This document shows positions 38,369 through 42,872 of a stretch of 42,872 nucleotides of DNA, in pieces. The position numbers and the translations under genes were made by a program. Where the stretch lies: positions 1 through 42,872 of the forward strand of contig JBHLOI010000029.1 of the NCBI GenBank assembly GCA_048940645.1, in the 5' to 3' direction. The DNA is from Promethearchaeota archaeon (GTDB lineage Archaea > Asgardarchaeota > Lokiarchaeia > Sigyniarchaeales > SOKP01). Each line of letters begins with the position of its first letter. Within the stretch, counting starts at the first letter, position 1. The notes beneath the pieces were generated by a model that was given only the letters and a program-made list of their open reading frames with translations, ran no database searches and was not told the DNA's origin.

Positions 38369-41212
38369 ATGTCTGAAATTCAATTATCTAATAATAACTA
38401 TTATACAAAATCTATTAAAGAGTTAATTAAGGAGTTTAACACGGATAAAGAAAAGGGGTTGAAATCATCCGAGTTAAAACTATATTATTCTAAATATGGA
38501 TATAATGAATTACCTAAAATTAAAAAATCCATCTGGAAAATTTATTTAGCTCCAATTTTTAATTTTCTGATAATTATTTTGCTAATCTCTGGAATAATTG
38601 TATTTCTTTTAGGATCGCCTGCATCAACAATAATTACATTTATCGTAGTGTTCCTAAATTCTATAACTGTAATAATCCAACAATCTAGGGCACAGAAAGC
38701 CCTCGAATCTTTAAGAAAAATTGGTGCATTAAAAGCAACAGTTTTGAGAGATGGGCTTCAATTTGAAATCCCAACAAGAGAATTAATTCCAGGAGATATA
38801 ATTTTATTAGAACAAGGGGATAAAGTTCCTGCTGACGCTAGAATCATTGATATCACTAATCTAACTATTGATGAAGCACCCTTGACAGGTGAAAGTGAGC
38901 CCGTTGAAAAAAGTAATAAAGAACTAAAAAATGCAGAAATTCCTATACAGAAACAATTTAATATGGTATTTATGGGCACATATGTTGATACCGGAAGAGC
39001 AAAGGCAGTAGTTACAGGAATAGGAGTTAATACAGAAATTGGAAAAATTTCAACTCAATTAAATGAAATGGGAAGTATTGAAGAAATTCCTCTTACAAGA
39101 AAATTAAACAAACTTGGATATATTCTGGGTTCCATTGTAATTATAATTCTTATAATTCTGATTATCTATAAATTTGCTCTTTTAGGCATCCAGGGAAAAT
39201 TTTATGGAGACTTTATAAGTAATGCATTAATTAGCTCAATTCTTAGATCAATGAATATCATGCCTATTAATTTACCCATATTAACAACACTCGTTTTAAT
39301 TACTGGCGTTCTTAATATGGCGCAGCACGGGGTCATTATTAAAAATCTTTCTGCTATTGAATCTTTAGGAAGAGTATCGGTAATTTGCTCAGATAAAACT
39401 GGAACTATAACCAAAAACGAAATGACAGTAGAAAAGTTTTGGATCAATAATAAAGAATATAATGTTACAGGTTCTGGATATGAAACTGAGGGATTTATTA
39501 CAGAAAATGGTAAAGTTATTAACCTAAAAGATAATAAAACATTCCAAATGTTCATTGAATCAAGTATACTAAATAATAATGCTAGACTTATTTATGAAGA
39601 TGTTAAAGTAAGAGGAAAAGATAGGAAAGAAATGGCAGTAAGAAGAGCTTTAGGATCACCTACAGAAGCAGCACTTCTAGTATTAGCTGAAAAAGCAGGT
39701 TACATTTTATATGACATTAGAGGAAATTATAAAAAGATAAAAGAATTTTCATTTAGCTCTGAAATTAAACGCATGTCTACGATTTGTAGTCCAAATAGTG
39801 ATGGTAATATTAATTTTATCTTTTCTAAAGGTGCCCCCGAAAAAATTCTAGAAATATGCACTCACATAGAAACCAATAATCAATTAAAAAGCCTATCAAC
39901 GGATAATAAAAATGAAATTTTGGATAATATTCAGTCAAAAGCAAAACAAGGATATAGAACTTTAGCTGTTGCATATAAAAAAGTAGAAAATAATATAATA
40001 GATGCCAGAGAAAATATTGAAAAAGACTTGATTTTTCTTAGTTTCTTGGCTATTTTAGATCCACCACGTAGCCAAGTAAGAGAATCAGTAGAAGAATGTG
40101 AATCTGGACGAATAAAAGTAGTAATGATTACCGGTGACCATCCTAATACAGCACAAACTATAGCATCTCAAATGAGAATATATAAGCCAAATGATCTAGT
40201 TGTTGAAGGTTCTGAAATTTCAAGGCTTAATGACCAAGATTTCAACCGCGTCTCAGTTTTTGCGAGAGTATCTCCTTCAGATAAAGAAATTATTGTCGAA
40301 AATTATCAAAAACAAAAGAAAGTAACTGCTATGACCGGTGATGGGGTTAACGATGCTTTGGCTTTAAAATTAGCCAATGCAGGAATAGCTATGGGTATTA
40401 CTGGCACCGATGTTGCTAAAGAAGTTGCAGATCTCGTAATATCGGATGATAATTTTACATCTATAGTAAAGGGTGTGAAGATTGGGAGAGGTTTATTTGC
40501 TAAGATTCGAATTATCGTTTATTTCTTCATATGCTTAAATATTATGGAGGCCCTGATATTCTTTACTTATGAATTCATACCATCTTTTGCATTATTTAGT
40601 TCAGAATGGCAACATATTTATATTTTTGGGATAGTTCATTCACTCCCTTCAATAGCATTAGTTATTGATAAACCACCTATAGATGTCATGAATGAACCCC
40701 CAAGAAATAAGGAAGAATTATTAAATAGAAACATATGGAAATTACTACTTATTCATGCTTTTCTAATGGGTTTAGGTTTAGTTTTAGCTTTACAACTAAC
40801 TTTAGGAGAAGTTATTCCCTTAGATTCTTGGAATGTTAATCTAAGTCTTTTAGAAAGTGATTTAATTGCACAAAAAGCAAGAACCATGTTTATTACGACG
40901 CTATTTATTATTGAAACAACTTTTATATGGAGTATTAGACGACCAAATAAATCCCTGTTTAAAAGTATTAAAGAGGAATTTAGCTGGAAGTTATTTATTA
41001 TCAACTCTTCTACTTTACTACTACATATATTACACATTTTCTTTTCATTACCCATTAACTCCTTCATAGAGTCATCAGGATTAAATTTCCAGATTAATTT
41101 CATGTTCCTTAGTGGTACTGACTGGTTAATTTGTATTTTATTGTCTCTGCCAGGGATTTTTGGAATTGAAGTGTTTAAATACTTAGCAAGACGAAAAAAT
41201 ATAATATTCTAA
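38369..41212 (+). CDS. P-type ATPase (P2-like scaffold, atypical membrane ion site)
   Basis: PADAR, TGES, DKTGT, KGAPE, DPPR, TGD and GDGVND; about 10 TM. ATG 38369 preferred over GTG 38321. Confidence 0.95.
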   Translation: MSEIQLSNNNYYTKSIKELIKEFNTDKEKGLKSSELKLYYSKYGYNELPKIKKSIWKIYLAPIFNFLIIILLISGIIVFLLGSPASTIITFIVVFLNSITVIIQQSRAQKALESLRKIGALKATVLRDGLQFEIPTRELIPGDIILLEQGDKVPADARIIDITNLTIDEAPLTGESEPVEKSNKELKNAEIPIQKQFNMVFMGTYVDTGRAKAVVTGIGVNTEIGKISTQLNEMGSIEEIPLTRKLNKLGYILGSIVIIILIILIIYKFALLGIQGKFYGDFISNALISSILRSMNIMPINLPILTTLVLITGVLNMAQHGVIIKNLSAIESLGRVSVICSDKTGTITKNEMTVEKFWINNKEYNVTGSGYETEGFITENGKVINLKDNKTFQMFIESSILNNNARLIYEDVKVRGKDRKEMAVRRALGSPTEAALLVLAEKAGYILYDIRGNYKKIKEFSFSSEIKRMSTICSPNSDGNINFIFSKGAPEKILEICTHIETNNQLKSLSTDNKNEILDNIQSKAKQGYRTLAVAYKKVENNIIDARENIEKDLIFLSFLAILDPPRSQVRESVEECESGRIKVVMITGDHPNTAQTIASQMRIYKPNDLVVEGSEISRLNDQDFNRVSVFARVSPSDKEIIVENYQKQKKVTAMTGDGVNDALALKLANAGIAMGITGTDVAKEVADLVISDDNFTSIVKGVKIGRGLFAKIRIIVYFFICLNIMEALIFFTYEFIPSFALFSSEWQHIYIFGIVHSLPSIALVIDKPPIDVMNEPPRNKEELLNRNIWKLLLIHAFLMGLGLVLALQLTLGEVIPLDSWNVNLSLLESDLIAQKARTMFITTLFIIETTFIWSIRRPNKSLFKSIKEEFSWKLFIINSSTLLLHILHIFFSLPINSFIESSGLNFQINFMFLSGTDWLICILLSLPGIFGIEVFKYLARRKNIIF

Positions 41213-41254
41213 AATTTTTTTTTAGATTTTATAATTCATAAAGAAAGAAATTAA

Positions 41255-42070
41255 ATGAATGAAGAGAAGGCTGTAGAAAACTCTAATAGGATGGTTTTTA
41301 TAAAAAAATATGGAGGAATCATCTTTATTAGTGCCATTTTAATCTTTTTTTTTCTTTTAGCACTATTAAATATAAATTTTGGGCAATGGCTAGCAAACAC
41401 TGTTTTATGGTTTCATGGAGAATTTGGAGATTTTGGAATATACCTTGGAGTTTTTTTAGTTAGCATTTTTGGAAACTTTACAATAATATTTCCTGTTCCG
41501 TACACAATTGCGCTTATAGTAATATCTGCAGTAATTCCTGGTGTAAATCCAATTTTACTTGGAATTGTAGGCGGTCTTGGAGCAAGTATTGGAGAAATTA
41601 CTGCATGGTTAATTGGTCGTGGATCTAAAAATCTTCTTCGAGACTCAGAAAGTGTTGAACGTATGAAACGTTATGTTGAAAAAGGTTGGGCTCCAATATT
41701 AATATTCATTTTTGCTGCAACACCTCTTCCAGATGATGCTTTTTTAATTGTACTCGGTATAGCTCAATATAGTATTTTTAAAACATTAATTTATTGTTTC
41801 ATAGGAAAATTTGTTCTATGCTTTTTAAGTAGCGCACTTCCTATTTGGTTAGCAGATACTACTTTTGGTGAATTTCTTTTTAATTTATTTGGGATTGATC
41901 TCGATGCTGCAAGTTTGGGAATAATCCCAGAGAGCACACCATTGGAGATTTTGCTAAGTTCTCTACTTTGGGCAGCATTTATAATAATTCTGTTCCTATT
42001 AGTTTATATTGATTGGAGTAAATTACTTAAGAAATTTAGAGAGAAAATAAAATCTAAATCTAAAAATTAA
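41255..42070 (+). CDS. VTT/DedA (SNARE-associated, VMP1/TMEM41-like) membrane protein
   Basis: 'GGLGASIGEITAWLIGR' and 'IFIFAATPLPDDAFLIVLG...FIGK' VTT signatures. Confidence 0.85.
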   Translation: MNEEKAVENSNRMVFIKKYGGIIFISAILIFFFLLALLNINFGQWLANTVLWFHGEFGDFGIYLGVFLVSIFGNFTIIFPVPYTIALIVISAVIPGVNPILLGIVGGLGASIGEITAWLIGRGSKNLLRDSESVERMKRYVEKGWAPILIFIFAATPLPDDAFLIVLGIAQYSIFKTLIYCFIGKFVLCFLSSALPIWLADTTFGEFLFNLFGIDLDAASLGIIPESTPLEILLSSLLWAAFIIILFLLVYIDWSKLLKKFREKIKSKSKN

Positions 42071-42213
42071 TTTTATTTTATACTATAATTAACTAATTTT
42101 TTTATCAAAAAGAAATAAAATAAAAAGAATTATTGTTATAGTCTATCTATTAAAATGATTTAATTTTATAACAATATATTAATAAATTTTTGAAAGTTAC
42201 GGGAGATCTTTTT

Positions 42214-42872
42214 ATGCCAGAACCTTATTATACTATGGATTTAAACCAAATCTATTCAGAATTTCAGACAAATCCCACAAATGGATTATCAAAAGAGGAC
42301 GTACAGAAAAGATTGGAATTATATGGCTTTAATGAAATACCTAAAGCTTCAAAAGGATTTATTAAAATCTATTTAGCACCCTTATTTAACTGGTTAATTG
42401 TTATTTACCTAATTGGAGCTGTAATTTTATTTTTAGCAGCTTTTTTTGGGGGAGGAAATTTAACTTTTGTAGGAATAACTCTAGGAATTGTTTTTTTAAA
42501 TTGTTTTGTTGCAATCATACAACAATATAGAGCAACAAAGAAATTAAAAGCTTTAAGAGAAATGACAGCCCCGACTACCACAGTCATTAGAAATGGTGAA
42601 AAGCTGGATATACCGACTAAAAACGTTGTTGTAGGAGATCTTTTAGTATTAACACAAGGGGATAGAATTCCTGCAGATGGGAGAATAATACGAGCATCTA
42701 ATCTTGAAGTTAATGAAGCATCATTAACAGGTGAAAGTGAACCAGTTAAAAAATTATATGAAGGTTATGCATTATCTAATATGGAAATCTCAATTGGAGA
42801 ACGGCTTAATATGGTTTTTTATGGAACTTATATCACAACAGGTAATGCAACTGCTATAGCAGTAAAAATCGG
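42214..42872 (+). CDS. Second P-type ATPase paralogue, N-terminal part (runs off the window)
   Basis: Not in the ORF track because no stop is in the window. Translates MPEPYY...YGFNEIP...IYLAPLFN...IIQQYRA...GDRIPADGR...EASLTGESEPV...NMVFYGT. Confidence 0.92.
   Translation, partial: MPEPYYTMDLNQIYSEFQTNPTNGLSKEDVQKRLELYGFNEIPKASKGFIKIYLAPLFNWLIVIYLIGAVILFLAAFFGGGNLTFVGITLGIVFLNCFVAIIQQYRATKKLKALREMTAPTTTVIRNGEKLDIPTKNVVVGDLLVLTQGDRIPADGRIIRASNLEVNEASLTGESEPVKKLYEGYALSNMEISIGERLNMVFYGTYITTGNATAIAVKI

Noticed and set aside
7729-42587. Other short nested or antisense track ORFs (e.g. 7729-8109, 10205-10387, 11289-11585, 14818-15117, 21683-21907, 26530-27061, 38758-39555, 40753-41103, 42405-42587)
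   Set aside because: They overlap well-supported genes, have no recognisable motifs or SD, and are typical shadow ORFs.

Overview
AT-rich, gene-dense window of about 42 CDS from an archaeon, most likely an Asgard (Lokiarchaeia-like) genome. This is inferred from the co-occurrence of an actin-family gene, two small GTPases (one longin-fused), two TFB paralogues, a multi-PAS histidine kinase, AOR and GGTGA-type Shine-Dalgarno (SD) motifs. No rRNA, tRNA, CRISPR array or mobile element was seen. Housekeeping genes include an M32 carboxypeptidase, purD, a type IA topoisomerase, hxlB, nfo, a GlcD/GlcF-like pair, AOR and a nitroreductase. Four signals stand out. (1) A divergent actin-related gene lies in a co-oriented cluster with a coiled-coil/proline-rich/WH2-like protein that resembles an actin regulator. 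(2) A P-type ATPase has lost its M4/M6 cation ligands (NxxPINL, resembling the P4 flippase NxxPISL) and lies next to a VTT/DedA scramblase-family gene and a second P-type ATPase. (3) Non-canonical start codons (ATA, ATT, ATC, ACG) recur 6-7 nt after a GGTG(A/G) SD; this reveals one gene missing from the ORF track and a missing 117-aa Fe-S domain. (4) The topoisomerase has TOP3B-like motifs. All family calls come from motif recognition by eye; no database searches were run.
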